From NCBI GenBank assembly GCA_964016885.1, contig OZ024752.1, positions 33,604,001 through 33,668,000 of the forward strand: a DNA stretch of 64,000 nt, in the 5' to 3' direction. The position numbers and the translations under genes were made by a program. Positions 25,610 to 39,900 of this stretch are shown here, one piece after another. How positions within the stretch are numbered: position 1 is the stretch's first letter; the number at the start of each line of letters is the position of its first letter. Origin of the DNA: Eledone cirrhosa. Lineage: Eukaryota. Under the pieces are notes generated by a model. The model did no database searches and was not told the DNA's origin. It saw nothing but the letters and a program-made list of their open reading frames with translations.

Positions 25610-25820
25610 ACCATCACCATCACCATCATCGTCATCATCACCATCACTATCATCATAACCATCACCATCACCATAACCAATACCACCACCACCACCATCA
25701 TCATCAACACCATCATAACCACTACAATCATACCCACCATCATACCCACCATCATCACCACCATCATCACCACCACCACCATCATCACCACCACCACCAT
25801 CATAAACTCCCACCATCATT
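25610..25820. repeat. (CAT/CAC)n degenerate trinucleotide repeat
   Basis: Direct reading. Confidence 0.9.
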
Positions 25821-26013
25821 GTACAATTTAAGTCTTTATCATAGAGGTCATTGTGTTTTTCTATGTTATTTTATTATATTTGTTAGATATTTCTATTTCT
25901 CCCCTGTCATTGTGTGTTTATTTCCTTCTTTATATGACCTAATTCTTGTTAGAAAGTTGTAAAGCAACTAAGTTCATACTTCTCTATCTCCCCTATCACA
26001 CACACACACACAC

Positions 26014-26089
<76 letters not shown>

Positions 26090-27414
26090 CTATTTCACTT
26101 GCCATATCATGAATTTATAAATACAATAAAACAAAAAAAATATATATATAAACTAACAGAAATGGGTGTTATAAACCATGAATTTTCTTTTAGCTTAACG
26201 ATTTCTGGATTTAGATTTTTTGTTTTAAATTGAGTTACAATAGCTAGTGAGTTACTATCTATATGTAGCTGTTATGTTGGTACTACAATAAGCCCAGTTA
26301 CTAACTGGGGGAAAAATATCACTAAAATATTTAGAACTTAAGAAAATAAAGCTGAAGACTGAGTTAAAAAGTGTGTCCTATGAAATAAACAATTTGAACA
26401 ATATGCTAAATATTTAGTGTTAGGCAGGGTTAGTTGAAAGTTGGGCGAGTGGGGAGTGGGTGTGAGAGAGAATACTGAAAATGAAATATGTAAACATAGC
26501 TGAAATTGATGTGAAATTTATGGTTAGCCTTTTTAAAATTTGGTTATGTTATTGTTAGCATTTTAAAGAATTTTAATTGAATTTTTGGGGCATTTTTTTT
26601 CTTGCCACTTTTGAATTAAAGTCTGTCGACATTTTTGTCTTTAAATCTTTAAATGTTTCCTTTCTGCTTTCTTTTAAAACTTCTATCCCTATTGGAATCA
26701 TGATCTAGTTTACTTTAGATGGCATGTTAGAAGGATTTTTTTTATCACTTCATTCATCATCATCATCATTGTTTAACGTCTATTTTCCACGCTAGCATGG
26801 GTTAGTTTTTAATTTTGGTTAGACCTTACTCATAATGAGATAATTATTAATTATTCTATATAAAAATACATTGCAACTTCAGATTGAGCTTTTAAACTGC
26901 CAGAATGTAGCTTTAAGAAACACTATCCTCTTCCTCATGCTAAAGGGGTCTTCCATTCATATTTTGCCATATTAGCTTTGGTGGGTGGTTCTGAAAATTC
27001 AGAACTGAAGTAAAAGTGAATTCAAAGAATCAGTCTTTGATAGCACAATAGTTCTCATAAGTCATAAGTCTTGTGCAATGAGTAATGTTCCATAACACAG
27101 TGCCTTCTTATTGAAGGTTTTTATTTCTGTATATTTGGTTTTACTGGGTTGGCTTTTGTAGTAGCCAAAAGTCACTTCTACCCATTTTTATTAATAAAAC
27201 ATTACAAATTAACTCAAAATTAATTTTTCTTGGAGGGTGTATTTTCCATAATTAGATCTTGTTTTTATTCAAGTTTAATCTGAAAGATGAAAAACATTTT
27301 AATAATAAAAAATGAATTTTAAAAAATAGGAAGTGATTTTTGGCCCACCCTGTATACACTGTCCTTATTGCTGTGATTTGCCCTATACCAATGTGTAACT
27401 TGGTAAACTGAGTC

Positions 27415-27724
27415 ACGATAGTCAGCTGAAAAGTTCATAGACTGACCAAGATACTCTCATGGAATGACCAAATGAGGTTTATTTTTCAACATATTCCCTT
27501 GAAAGAAACAATGCAGTTATTATACAAGGGTCGGCTGAAAAATTCATAGGCTAACCAAGATACTCTCATGGAGTTACCAAATGAGGTTTATTTTTCAACA
27601 TAGTCCCTGGAAAGAAACAATGCAGCTATTAATAAGAAGAGTTGAAATTAATGCATGTAAGATTTCACAGCTTTAGCATCACTCCTTCATAGACAGTCTA
27701 CAAACTTTTCAACCGGCCCTAGTA
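27415..27724. mobile_element. Mariner-type MITE
   Basis: TACAAGGGTCGGCTGAAAAA ... AACTTTTCAACCGGCCCTAGTA inverted termini with TA. Confidence 0.75.
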
Positions 27725-28404
27725 TTTAGAGCTAAAGATTTTTTTTGTATGTATGTGTGTACCAGGAGCACTGCAACATTGGTGATAGGAATGTCAAACA
27801 TGAGTGGAACTTCCAGTCAATATACTGGCATATTAACAACATGAACAGCTGTAATGTTATTCATACTATTCAATATAGGTAGCTATATTCTCAAATAATA
27901 CTTTATGAATAGAACGTTGTGCTAATAATTTTGTACAATTGATGAATGGCATTTTACTGCATAAGTCATTCAATTTTATTGGTTTGGAATTTGTTGCAAG
28001 TATTTAAACCAAATCCCCAGCTGCACGAGAAACACATTTTTCCTCCTACCAACCAGTTGTAGCTATTTAAAAAATAATTGCTATTATTTATTTCTGAGGG
28101 TGGAGGATTGGCAGTTTCGGTAGAGGGTCGGACGCCATGCTTTCCAGCATAGTTAAGTCCCTTTACAGACCGAGTTCAAATCTCGCCGAGGTTAACTTTG
28201 CCTTTCATCCTTACGAGGTTGATAAAATAAAGTACCAGTAATGTATTGGGTAATTTGCTGGCCTTGTGTCAAAATTAGAAACAATTATTTACTTCTGATT
28301 GTTAGTCCTTTACATTCTGAGTTCAAATCTTGCTGAGATTAGCTTTGTCTTTCTTCCTTACGGAAGTCAATAAAATAGAGTACCAGTAATGCACTGGAGT
28401 CAAT

Positions 28405-28618
28405 TTAACCCTTTAGCATTCAAAGTGGCTGTATCCGGCCAGAATTCTATCACCTATCTCTGTTCAAACCAGCTGTAACCAGCTGCTTATACTTATGTTA
28501 AGGTATTGTTCTCCAAATAGATAATATCAAAATCTCATAGTCGATATTATGTGAGATAAAGTGTTTACTGTGAAAATACAATAGTAAATATAGAGTAATG
28601 TAAATGCTAAAGGGTTAA
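28405..28618. mobile_element. piggyBac MITE inserted at a TTAA inside a family-B SINE
   Basis: TTAA|CCCTTTAGCATT...AATGCTAAAGGG|TTAA; relatives at 45594-45809, ~41660-41858, ~55335-55537. Confidence 0.85.
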
Positions 28619-28886
28619 TCAACTTTCCCCTCTCACAAAATTGTTGGTCTTGTGCCTAAATCAGAAACCATTATTTAAAAAAATTATGTTCTTAGTTCAA
28701 ATCCTGCCGAGCTTAGCTTTACCTTTCATCTTTACGTGGTTAATAAAATAAAGTACCATTAACACACTGGGATCAATTTAATCAACTTTACCCTCTCTCT
28801 TCCAAATTGTTGGCCTTGTGGCTAAATCAGAAACCATTACTTATTTATTTCTATTTGTTTTGTATTTAATTTTTTGTTTGTTTTAG

Positions 28887-28988
28887 CAAAACTTGTATCC
28901 CACTGTTGGACTTCAAACTCCTGGAGAAGTAGTTGAGGCAAATTTTGGACAGTCTCCGTTTGTATTTGATATTGAAGACTACATGTGG
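28887..28988 (+). CDS. RANBP9: RanBP9/10 exon, end of SPRY domain
   Basis: ttttag| ... |gtaagg; [34 protein letters not shown]. Confidence 0.95.
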
Positions 28989-29594
28989 GTAAGGATATCT
29001 GCTGGTTCAATTTTTATTTTCCCTTATTCCCCCAGTTTTTTTTTTGACATATTGGATCCTGTTTTAATTATGTTGTTTCATAATTTCCATGTTTACTTTA
29101 CCTCTTAAACTTTAGCATGCTAAAACTTTTTATGAATTGCTTCCCTTGACACTGTATTATGTATTAAGAGGAGATTACTCTATCGGCTCCTTAATGGACC
29201 TGGAGCCTCCAGAAGGTTAATTTCCTTCTAAAACGAAGCTTAATGTAATTGTTAAGATAACAAAAAAAAAAACAATATAAATCTGCTATAAAATATTTAG
29301 CTTTGTCCTAAAATCTAATGATGTAAATATCCCAGAAACTACAAAGTCTAGGAAAAGGGGACTGAGCAGGTTTAATGTTGAGCAACATTAAACAAGATTT
29401 ATTCCTCAAATTTTGTCAACATTATAACACTAATTCACAAATAAACTGTTACTTTCTGGGATATTTACATCCTAAATGATACCTAATTTTTTTAAATACC
29501 ATGTGTGTGTGTGTCTATATATATACATACACATACATACACATACATCCAAATATTACATTTATATATACATACATACATATATTATATATTC

Positions 29595-30792
29595 CAAAGG
29601 GTCTCAAAGTCAACCTGACAAAGACTAAGGTCCTTATAGGTAGACGAGAAAACAGAACCCAGATCCCCTCAGGGAAATGGCCTTGCTCAGTATGTAGGAA
29701 AGGTGTAGGTAGGAACTCCATTCTCTGCTCCAAATGCAAACAATGGGTACACAAGAGATGTAGCAGGATCTCAGGAAGCTTAACTAAGAATGTAGGCTTC
29801 ACATGTAGCAGCTGTGCTGGAGCAGCAAACAGCCACAGGAAACAAGTACCACCAATCTCTGGGAGGGCTCTGTAGAAACAGTAGACAGCTTTTGCTACCT
29901 AGGTGACCGAATTAGCAGCGGAGGTGGGTGTTCAGGAAGTACAATAACTAGAGTAAGAACGGGATGGAAGAAGTTCAGGGAGCCACTGCTAGCTGCAAAA
30001 AGCTTCTCCCTCAAAATGAAAGGCAGACTGTATGATGCGTGTATACGAACAGCAATGTTACATGGTTGTGAGACCTGGGCGCTGAATGTGGAAGACTTGC
30101 GTAGATTAGAAAGAAACGAAGCCTGCATGCACCGATGGATGTGTAATAGTAATATACGCGAACAGCAAAGCATAAATGAATTGAGAGAGAGACTGAGCAT
30201 AAGAGGAATCAAATGCTATGTGCAGGAGAGGCAGTTGCGTTGTTATGGACATGTGATGCGTATGAAGGATGACAGCTGCATAAAAAGGTGCAGAGCACTA
30301 GAAGTCGATGGAAACCACGGAGTGGGGAGACCCAAAAAGACCTGGGATGAGGTGATAAAAGCCGACCTTACCCAATTACACCTCTCAAAGGCGATGACAC
30401 ACAACCGTGACCTCTGGCGTCATGCAGTAATACAGAATAACCCCCCCCCCCCACCACGGGTACAAGCCGAAGCTGAAGCATATAGACAATATGCCCCCAC
30501 ACCCTCCCACTGCAAAGTGGTCGTGGAAGTGCCACGGCAAAAAAGCACCCAGCCCACACTGTAAAGTGGACGTGTAGGCACCACGGAAAAAAAGCACCCG
30601 GCACTCACTGTAAATGAGGTTGGTGTTAGGAAGGGCATCCAGCTGTAGAAATCAAGCCAGGATCAGTTCCCATATGAGCAAGACAAGGTCAGCCGACCAG
30701 ACACTGACCACAACAGGACAACCCGTCTAACCCATGCTAGCGTGGAAGAACGGACGTAAAACGGTGGTGGTGGTGATGATGATGATGATGAT
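29595..30792 (+). mobile_element. 5'-truncated RTE-clade LINE (end of ORF plus 3' UTR, (GAT)n tail)
   Basis: KGLKVNLTKTKVL, Cys-rich WPCSVCRKGVGRNSILCSKCKQWVHKRCS, KGRLYDACIRTAMLHGCETW, GRPKKTWDEVI; frameshifted. Confidence 0.93.
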
Positions 30793-30859
30793 TCCATGTT
30801 GTGTAGCATTTCTTCCTCTTGTTTGGGACTCAATTCTAAACACAGATTTATTTTCACAC

Positions 30860-30972
<113 letters not shown>

Positions 30973-31631
30973 CAGTCACTATTGAAGGCAATACATTTAT
31001 ATTTAGGAGTATTCGTCAATTATAAACAATCTTTTGTCAGTTTTAAATGTGACTTTATTAGTCACTTCCTGCTTGTTGAAAGACTTTCTCTATTTTTCAA
31101 ATACTAAGTCACTTGGAACAAATTTACATGCTTCATACTCTTTGGGTCTTGGCAGTGCACTGTATGTCTTATATTAAAGAATAAATATGAAATTGTATAT
31201 TGTATTGTATAGTGAGAATAGTAGAGGCATGTGGCCTAGTGGTTAGGGTACTGGACTTATGATCATAGTGTCATAGGTTCAATTCCTGGACTGGGTTATG
31301 TGTTGTGTTCTTGAGCAAAACACTTCATTTCATGTTGCTCCAGTTTACTCAGCTGAAAATGAGTACCAGCAGCAATAGTTGTGGGTTTAACCCTGCAATG
31401 GACTAGCGTCCTACCCAGGGAGAAGTCTTGAACTCTGTCACTTCATACCACGGAAACGAGGATAAGCACCAGCCTGATGAATCTCTGAGCTTGAAACAGA
31501 CTTTAGATTGTGAGAATAGAATAGAATAGAATAGAAATGATAATGGTAATTTGAACTTTGGAGGATTAGAAATAACATTTTCTGTTGTATTTGTCAAGTG
31601 TTCACTAAATGCTTCTCTCTTATTTAACTAG

Positions 31632-31714
31632 GAATGGCGTATGAAGACTAGACTGACCATAGAAAGATTCCCAGTTTCGGACCGAAAAGGAGAATGGCAA
31701 ACTGCTCTACAAAA
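31632..31714 (+). CDS. RANBP9: RanBP9/10 exon (pre-LisH), ends at a GC donor
   Basis: ctag| acceptor; EWRMKTRLTIERFPVSDRKGEWQTALQ(K); frame with the next exon requires AA|GCACGT. Confidence 0.88.
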
Positions 31715-31864
31715 GCACGTAATCTTTATTTATTGAGAGAGAGAGTCCATGTGTGATGATGAAACTTTTTTTTTTAGTTGAACTAATAATTTATGTACAA
31801 ATAAATGTCTACCCATATATGTATGTAAATATGTATTATATATATTTGGTAATAGATGACATTC

Positions 31865-32372
31865 TATTATTCGAAGAAGGGAGGTAGGTGTAAAAAGCCA
31901 AACTCGCTATTTTCTATTCGGTATTTGTACCTACCTCTACCTATGGTCATGAATCTTGGGTAATGACCAAAGAATACGATGGTAGAATCAAGCAGACGAA
32001 ATGGAGTACCTCTGAAGGGTCTTTGGAGTAATGTTACTTAATAGGGTTCATATCTTGCAGATAATTGTCACTCCAAGTAGAGTTACTATTTATCTGCATC
32101 AAAAGATCTCGGCTGTGGTATTATGGGCATGTGGTTAGAATATCTCAGGAAAGAATTGCTGGACAGATTTTATGGTCAAAGCCAGCCAGCAGGAGACCTA
32201 GGGGTAGACCCCGAGCAAGATGGTTGTTGGATAACATCCATGAGCTTGGCTGGTCTTGATTGTGGATCTAGCCAGATTAATTGGTGATGGTTGCATCTGA
32301 CAGGACCCTCTCGAAGGTGTGTTTAAGGACCATGCTCCTCGCAACCCTCTCAGGAATAACTGAGAAAAGAAG
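31865..32372 (+). mobile_element. Degenerate RTE-like LINE 3' fragment (different family)
   Basis: IKRSRLWYYGHVVRISQER...RRPRGRPRARW. Confidence 0.75.
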
Positions 32373-32489
32373 GTAATATTCTATATCTGTTTCTCTTTAT
32401 TACACCCACTACTTTATTATACAACAATAATTTTATATTGTAAGCATATTTATTGTATTGAATAGCAGTATGAGTATATGTTGGTAGTG

Positions 32490-33112
32490 GGTAATAATAA
32501 ATTGACTAAAAGTAGTTGGTGGGGACAACACTATGTTGACTGTAGGTAATAGTATATTGACTAAAACTAGTTGGTAGGGACAACACTATGTTGACTAGGT
32601 AATAGTATATTGACTAAAACTAGTTGGTAGGGACAACACTATGTTGACTGTAAGTAATAGTATATTGACTAAAACTAGTTGGTAGGGACAACACTATGTT
32701 GACTGTAGGTAATAGTATATTGACTAAAACTAGTTGGTAGGGACAACACTATGTTGACTGTAGGTAATAGTATATTGACTAAAACTAGTTGGTAGGGACA
32801 ACACTATGTTGACTGTAGGTAATAGTATATTGACTAAAACTAGTTGGTAGGGACAACATTATGTTGACTGTAGGTAATAGTATATTGACTAAAACTAGTT
32901 GGTAGGGACAACACTATGTTGACTGTAGGTAATAGTATATTGACTAAAACTAGTTGGTAGGGACAACACTATGTTGACTGTAGGTAATAGTATATTGACT
33001 AAAACTAGTTGGTAGGAACAAAACTGTTGACTAGGTAATAGTATATTGACTAAAACTAGTTGGTAGGAACAAAACTGTTGACTAGGTAATAGTATATTGA
33101 CTAAAACTAGTT
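32490..33112. repeat. 55-bp minisatellite, about 11 copies
   Basis: Unit GTAATAGTATATTGACTAAAACTAGTTGGTAGGGACAACACTATGTTGACTGTAG. Confidence 0.93.
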
Positions 33113-33995
33113 AAAAACTTAACAATTCAAGAAACAAACTGAATGAATAATTCAGACTAAAAACTATTCACTTGACTGTTTTTGTATTCTACAGAAACAT
33201 AGTTAAATGTTATTATACTTCGTGTTATTATTTATGTCTTTTGTCACTGTTGGAATAAGGTCTTTTCAAAGAGAAAACAGAATTTTATTAAAAATATTAC
33301 TGTCTGTGTGTGTCTTTTCTTTGTTTTGTTGTTGCTATAATAGAAATAAAGAGCACTAAAACTGCACATAAACCTAAATAGGTGATACAGTGCAAGACAA
33401 TTAGTTCCATGGTTATGTGTGTGATAGCTAATCTGAGCTAAATTTACCTTTTCACTCAGCAACTCTGATGTTAAGTTAGTTGGTATTAACACCTGATTAA
33501 ATTTATCTGAAACTGTTGCTTACCAAATTATCACTTGTGGACTTCATGCTTTGTTTGAGCTAACAGGAGTCCGTTTTTGTTACTATAGTGTCTTGTGGCT
33601 TATTAGTACAGCTGCTCTGGTTACTGTTGTTCAGACTATTATTATTACTACTACAGTAATGTACTGGGTAATTGCTGGCCTTGTGCCAAAAGTAGAAACA
33701 ATTATTATTACTGCTACTTCCTTTTAACCAAACACTTCTCTTACTCTTCTTCCTGATATTTTTGTTTTTTCCTTCTCTTCCCCTGCAACAAACACTGAAG
33801 TTAATTATTGTTAAGTGAAATGTGAAGCATCACACTAAATCTTTAATAGTATTTAGTGTTCTCTCTCTCAAGTTCAAATTTACTTTGGTATTCAATAAAA
33901 TCATCCTTGAATGATTGACAAAAGCCCAGGCCTCACTCACCTACAGAGTGGGGTGGAACTTGTCAGATCGGGCCAAGTAAAGAATGTTTCCATTG

Positions 33996-36900
33996 GTCTT
34001 TCCAATTGCTGACACTATCTTCCGGTCACAATAATATGTTAAACTTGATACAGTTGACCATGTCCCAGATTTCTGGCCTTTCCAATTGCTGACACTATCT
34101 ACTGGTCACAATAATATGTTAAACTTGATACAGTTGACCATGTCCCAGATTTCTGGCCTTTCCAATTGCTGACACTATCTACTGGTCACAATAATATGTT
34201 AAACTTGATACAGTTGACCATGTCCCAGATTTCTGGCCTTTCCAATTGCTGACACTATCTACTGGTCACAATAATATGTTAAACTTGATACAGTTGACCA
34301 TGTCCCAGATTTCTGGCCTTTCCAATTGCTGACACTATCTACTGGTCACAATAATATGTTAAACTTGATACAGTTGACCATGTCCCAGATTTCTGGTCTT
34401 TCCAATTGCTGACACTATCTACTGGTCTCAATAATATGTTAAACTTGATACAGTTGACCATGTCCCAGATTTCTGGTCTTTCCAATTGCTGACACTATCT
34501 ACTGGTCTCAATAATATGTTAAACTTGATACAGTTGACCATGTCCCAGATTTCTGGTCTTTCCAATTGCTGACACTATCTACTGGTCTCAATAATATGTT
34601 AAATTTGATACAGTTGACCATGTCCCAGATTTCTGGTCTTTCCAATTGCTGACACTATCTACTGGTCACAATAATATGTTAAACTTGATACAGTTGACCA
34701 TGTCCCAGATTTCTGGTCTTTCCAATTGCTGACACTATCTACTGGTCTCAATAATATGTTAAACTTGATACAGTTGACCATGTCCCAGATTTCTGGTCTT
34801 TCCAATTGCTGACACTATCTACTGGTCTCAATAATATGTTAAATTTGATACAGTTGACCATGTCCCAGATTTCTGGTCTTTCCAATTGCTGACACTATCT
34901 ACTGGTCTCAATAATATGTTAAACTTGATACAGTTGACCATGTCCCAGATTTCTGGTCTTTCCAATTGCTGACACTATCTACTGGTCTCAATAATATGTT
35001 AAATTTGATACAGTTGACCATGTCCCAGATTTCTGGTCTTTCCAATTGCTGACACTATCTACTGGTCTCAATAATATGTTAAACTTGATACAGTTGACCA
35101 TGTCCCAGATTTCTGGTCTTTCCAATTGCTGACACTATCTACTGGTCTCAATAATATGTTAAATTTGATACAGTTGACCATGTCCCAGATTTCTGGTCTT
35201 TCCAATTGCTGACACTATCTACTGGTCTCAATAATATGTTAAACTTGATACAGTTGACCATGTCCCAGATTTCTGGTCTTTCCAATTGCTGACACTATCT
35301 ACTGGTCTCAATAATATGTTAAATTTGATACAGTTGACCATGTCCCAGATTTCTGGTCTTTCCAATTGCTGACACTATCTACTGGTCTCAATAATATGTT
35401 AAACTTGATACAGTTGACCATGTCCCAGATTTCTGGTCTTTCCAATTGCTGACACTATCTACTGGTCTCAATAATATGTTAAATTTGATACAGTTGACCA
35501 TGTCCCAGATTTCTGGTCTTTCCAATTGCTGACACTATCTACTGGTCTCAATAATATGTTAAACTTGATACAGTTGACCATGTCCCAGATTTCTGGTCTT
35601 TCCAATTGCTGACACTATCTACTGGTCTCAATAATATGTTAAATTTGATACAGTTGACCATGTCCCAGATTTCTGGTCTTTCCAATTGCTGACACTATCT
35701 ACTGGTCTCAATAATATGTTAAACTTGATACAGTTGACCATGTCCCAGATTTCTGGTCTTTCCAATTGCTGACACTATCTACTGGTCTCAATAATATGTT
35801 AACTTGATACAGTTGACCATGTCCCAGATTTCTGGTCTTTCCAATTGCTGACACTATCTACTGGTCTCAATAATATGTTAAATTTGATACAGTTGACCAT
35901 GTCCCAGATTTCTGGTCTTTCCAATTGCTGACACTATCTACTGGTCTCAATAATATGTTAAACTTGATACAGTTGACCATGTCCCAGATTTCTGGTCTTT
36001 CCAATTGCTGACACTATCTACTGGTCTCAATAATATGTTAAATTTGATACAGTTGACCATGTCCCAGATTTCTGGTCTTTCCAATTGCTGACACTATCTA
36101 CTGGTTTCAATAATATGTTAAACTTGATACAGTTGACCATGTCCCAGATTTCTGGTCTTTCCAATTGCTGACACTATCTACTGGTCTCAATAATATGTTA
36201 AATTTGATACAGTTGACCATGTCCCAGATTTCTGGTCTTTCCAATTGCTGACACTATCTACTGGTCTCAATAATATGTTAAACTTGATACAGTTGACCAT
36301 GTCCCAGATTTCTGGTCTTTCCAATTGCTGACACTATCTACTGGTCTCAATAATATGTTAAATTTGATACAGTTGACCATGTCCCAGATTTCTGGTCTTT
36401 CCAATTGCTGACACTATCTACTGGTCTCAATAATATGTTAAACTTGATACAGTTGACCATGTCCCAGATTTCTGGTCTTTCCAATTGCTGACACTATCTA
36501 CTGGTCTCAATAATATGTTAAATTTGATACAGTTGACCATGTCCCAGATTTCTGGTCTTTCCAATTGCTGACACTATCTACTGGTCTCAATAATATGTTA
36601 AACTTGATACAGTTGACCATGTCCCAGATTTCTGGTCTTTCCAATTGCTGACACTATCTACTGGTCTCAATAATATGTTAAATTTGATACAGTTGACCAT
36701 GTCCCAGATTTCTGGTCTTTCCAATTGCTGACACTATCTACTGGTCTCAATAATATGTTAAACTTGATACAGTTGACCATGTCCCAGATTTCTGGTCTTT
36801 CCAATTGCTGACACTATCTACTGGTCTCAATAATATGTTAAATTTGATACAGTTGACCATGTCCCAGATTTCTGGTCTTTCCAATTGCTGACACTATCTA

Positions 36901-39900
36901 CTGGTCACAATAATATGTTAAACTTGATACAGTTGACCATGTCCCAGATTTCTGGTCTTTCCAATTGCTGACACTATCTACTGGTCATAATAATATGTTA
37001 AACTTGATACAGTTGACCATGTCCCAGATTTCTGGTCTTTCCAATTGCTGACACTATCTACTGGTCTCAATAATATGTTAAATTTGATACAGTTGACCAT
37101 GTCCCAGATTTCTGGTCTTTCCAATTGCTGACACTATCTACTGGTCACAATAATATGTTAAACTTGATACAGTTGACCATGTCCCAGATTTCTGGCCTTT
37201 CCAATTGCTGACACTATCTACTGGTCACAATAATATGTTAAACTTGATACAGTTGACCATGTCCCAGATTTCTGGCCTTTCCAATTGCTGACACTATCTA
37301 CTGGTCACAATAATATGTTAAACTTGATACAGTTGACCATGTCCCAGATTTCTGGCCTTTCCAATTGCTGACACTATCTACTGGTCACAATAATATGTTA
37401 AACTTGATACAGTTGACCATGTCCCAGATTTCTGGCCTTTCCAATTGCTGACACTATCTACTGGTCACAATAATATGTTAAACTTGATACAGTTGACCAT
37501 GTCCCAGATTTCTGGCCTTTCCAATTGCTGACACTATCTACTGGTCACAATAATATGTTAAACTTGATACAGTTGACCATGTCCCAGATTTCTGGCCTTT
37601 CCAATGGCTGACACTATCTACTGGTCCCAATAATATGTTAAACTTGATACAGTTGACCATGTCCCAGATTTCTGGCCTTTCCAATTGCTGACACTATCTA
37701 CTGGTCACAATAATATGTTAAACTTGATACAGTTGACCATGTCCCAGATTTCTGGCCTTTCCAATTGCTGACACTATCTACTGGTCACAATAATATGTTA
37801 AACTTGATACAGTTGACCATGTCCCAGATTTCTGGCCTTTCCAATTGCTGACACTATCTACTGGTCACAATAATATGTTAAACTTGATACAGTTGACCAT
37901 GTCCCAGATTTCTGGCCTTTCCAATTGCTGACACTATCTACTGGTCACAATAATATGTTAAACTTGATACAGTTGACCATGTCCCAGATTTCTGGCCTTT
38001 CCAATTGCTGACACTATCTACTGGTCACAATAATATGTTAAACTTGATACAGTTGACCATGTCCCAGATTTCTGGCCTTTCCAATTGCTGACACTATCTA
38101 CTGGTCACAATAATATGTTAAACTTGATACAGTTGACCATGTCCCAGATTTCTGGCCTTTCCAATTGCTGACACTATCTACTGGTCACAATAATATGTTA
38201 AACTTGATACAGTTGACCATGTCCCAGATTTCTGGTCTTTCCAATTGCTGACACTATCTACTGGTCACAATAATATGTTAAACTTGATACAGTTGACCAT
38301 GTCCCAGATTTCTGGTCTTTCCAATTGCTAATACTATCTACTGGTCACAATAATATGTTAAACTTGATACAGTTGACCATGTCCCAGATTTCTGGTCTTT
38401 CCAATTGCTGACACTATCTACTGGTCACAATAATATGTTAAACTTGATACAGTTGACCATGTCCCAGATTTCTGGTCTTTCCAATTGCTAATACTATCTA
38501 CTGGTCACAATAATATGTTAAACTTGATACAGTTGACCATGTCCCAGATTTCTGGTCTTTCCAATTGCTGACACTATCTACTGGTCACAATAATATGTTA
38601 AACTTGATACAGTTGACCATGTCCCAGATTTCTGGTCTTTCCAATTGCTAATACTATCTACTGGTCACAATAATATGTTAAACTTGATACAGTTGACCAT
38701 GTCCCAGATTTCTGGTCTTTCCAATTGCTGACACTATCTACTGGTCACAATAATATGTTAAACTTGATACAGTTGACCATGTCCCAGATTTCTGGTCTTT
38801 CCAATTGCTAATACTATCTACTGGTCACAATAATATGTTAAACTTGATACAGTTGACCATGTCCCAGATTTCTGGTCTTTCCAATTGCTGACACTATCTA
38901 CTGGTCACAATAATATGTTAAACTTGATACAGTTGACCATGTCCCAGATTTCTGGTCTTTCCAATTGCTGACACTATCTACTGGTCACAATAATATGTTA
39001 AACTTGATACAGTTGACCATGTCCCAGATTTCTGGCCTTTCCAATTGCTGACACTATCTACTGGTCACAATAATATGTTAAACTTGATACAGTTGACCAT
39101 GTCCCAGATTTCTGGTCTTTCCAATTGCTGACACTATCTACTGGTCACAATAATATGTTAAACTTGATACAGTTGACCATGTCCCAGATTTCTGGTCTTT
39201 CCAATTGCTGACACTATCTACTGGTCACAATAATATGTTAAACTTGATACAGTTGACCATGTCCCAGATTTCTGGTCTTTCCAATTGCTGACACTATCTA
39301 CTGGTCACAATAATATGTTAAACTTGATACAGTTGACCATGTCCCAGATTTCTGGCCTTTCCAATTGCTGACACTATCTACTGGTCACAATAATATGTTA
39401 AACTTGATACAGTTGACCATGTCCCAGATTTCTGGTCTTTCCAATTGCTAATACTATCTTCCGGTCACAATAATATGTTAAACTTGATACAGTTGACCAT
39501 GTCCCAGATTTCTGGTCTTTCCAATTGCTGACACTATCTACTGGTCACAATAATATGTTAAACTTGATACAGTTGACCATGTCCCAGATTTCTGGTCTTT
39601 CCAATTGCTGACACTATCTACTGGTCACAATAATATGTTAAACTTGATACAGTTGACCATGTCCCAGATTTCTGGTCTTTCCAATTGCTGACACTATCTA
39701 CTGGTCACAATAATATGTTAAACTTGATACAGTTGACCATGTCCCAGATTTCTGGTCTTTCCAATTGCTGACACTATCTACTGGTCCCAATAATATGTTA
39801 AACTTGATACAGTTGACCATGTCCCAGATTTCTGGTCTTTCCAATTGCTGACACTATCTACTGGTCACAATAATATGTTAAACTTGATACAGTTGACCAT

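Noticed and set aside
25535-25831. Gly/Asp-rich or Thr/Ile-rich ORFs
   Set aside because: Degenerate (CAT/CAC)n repeat with no splice support
31715-31730. GT donor CAC|GTAATCTTT or a U12-type donor
   Set aside because: Gives a frameshift with the next exon and does not match the U12 consensus GTATCCTT
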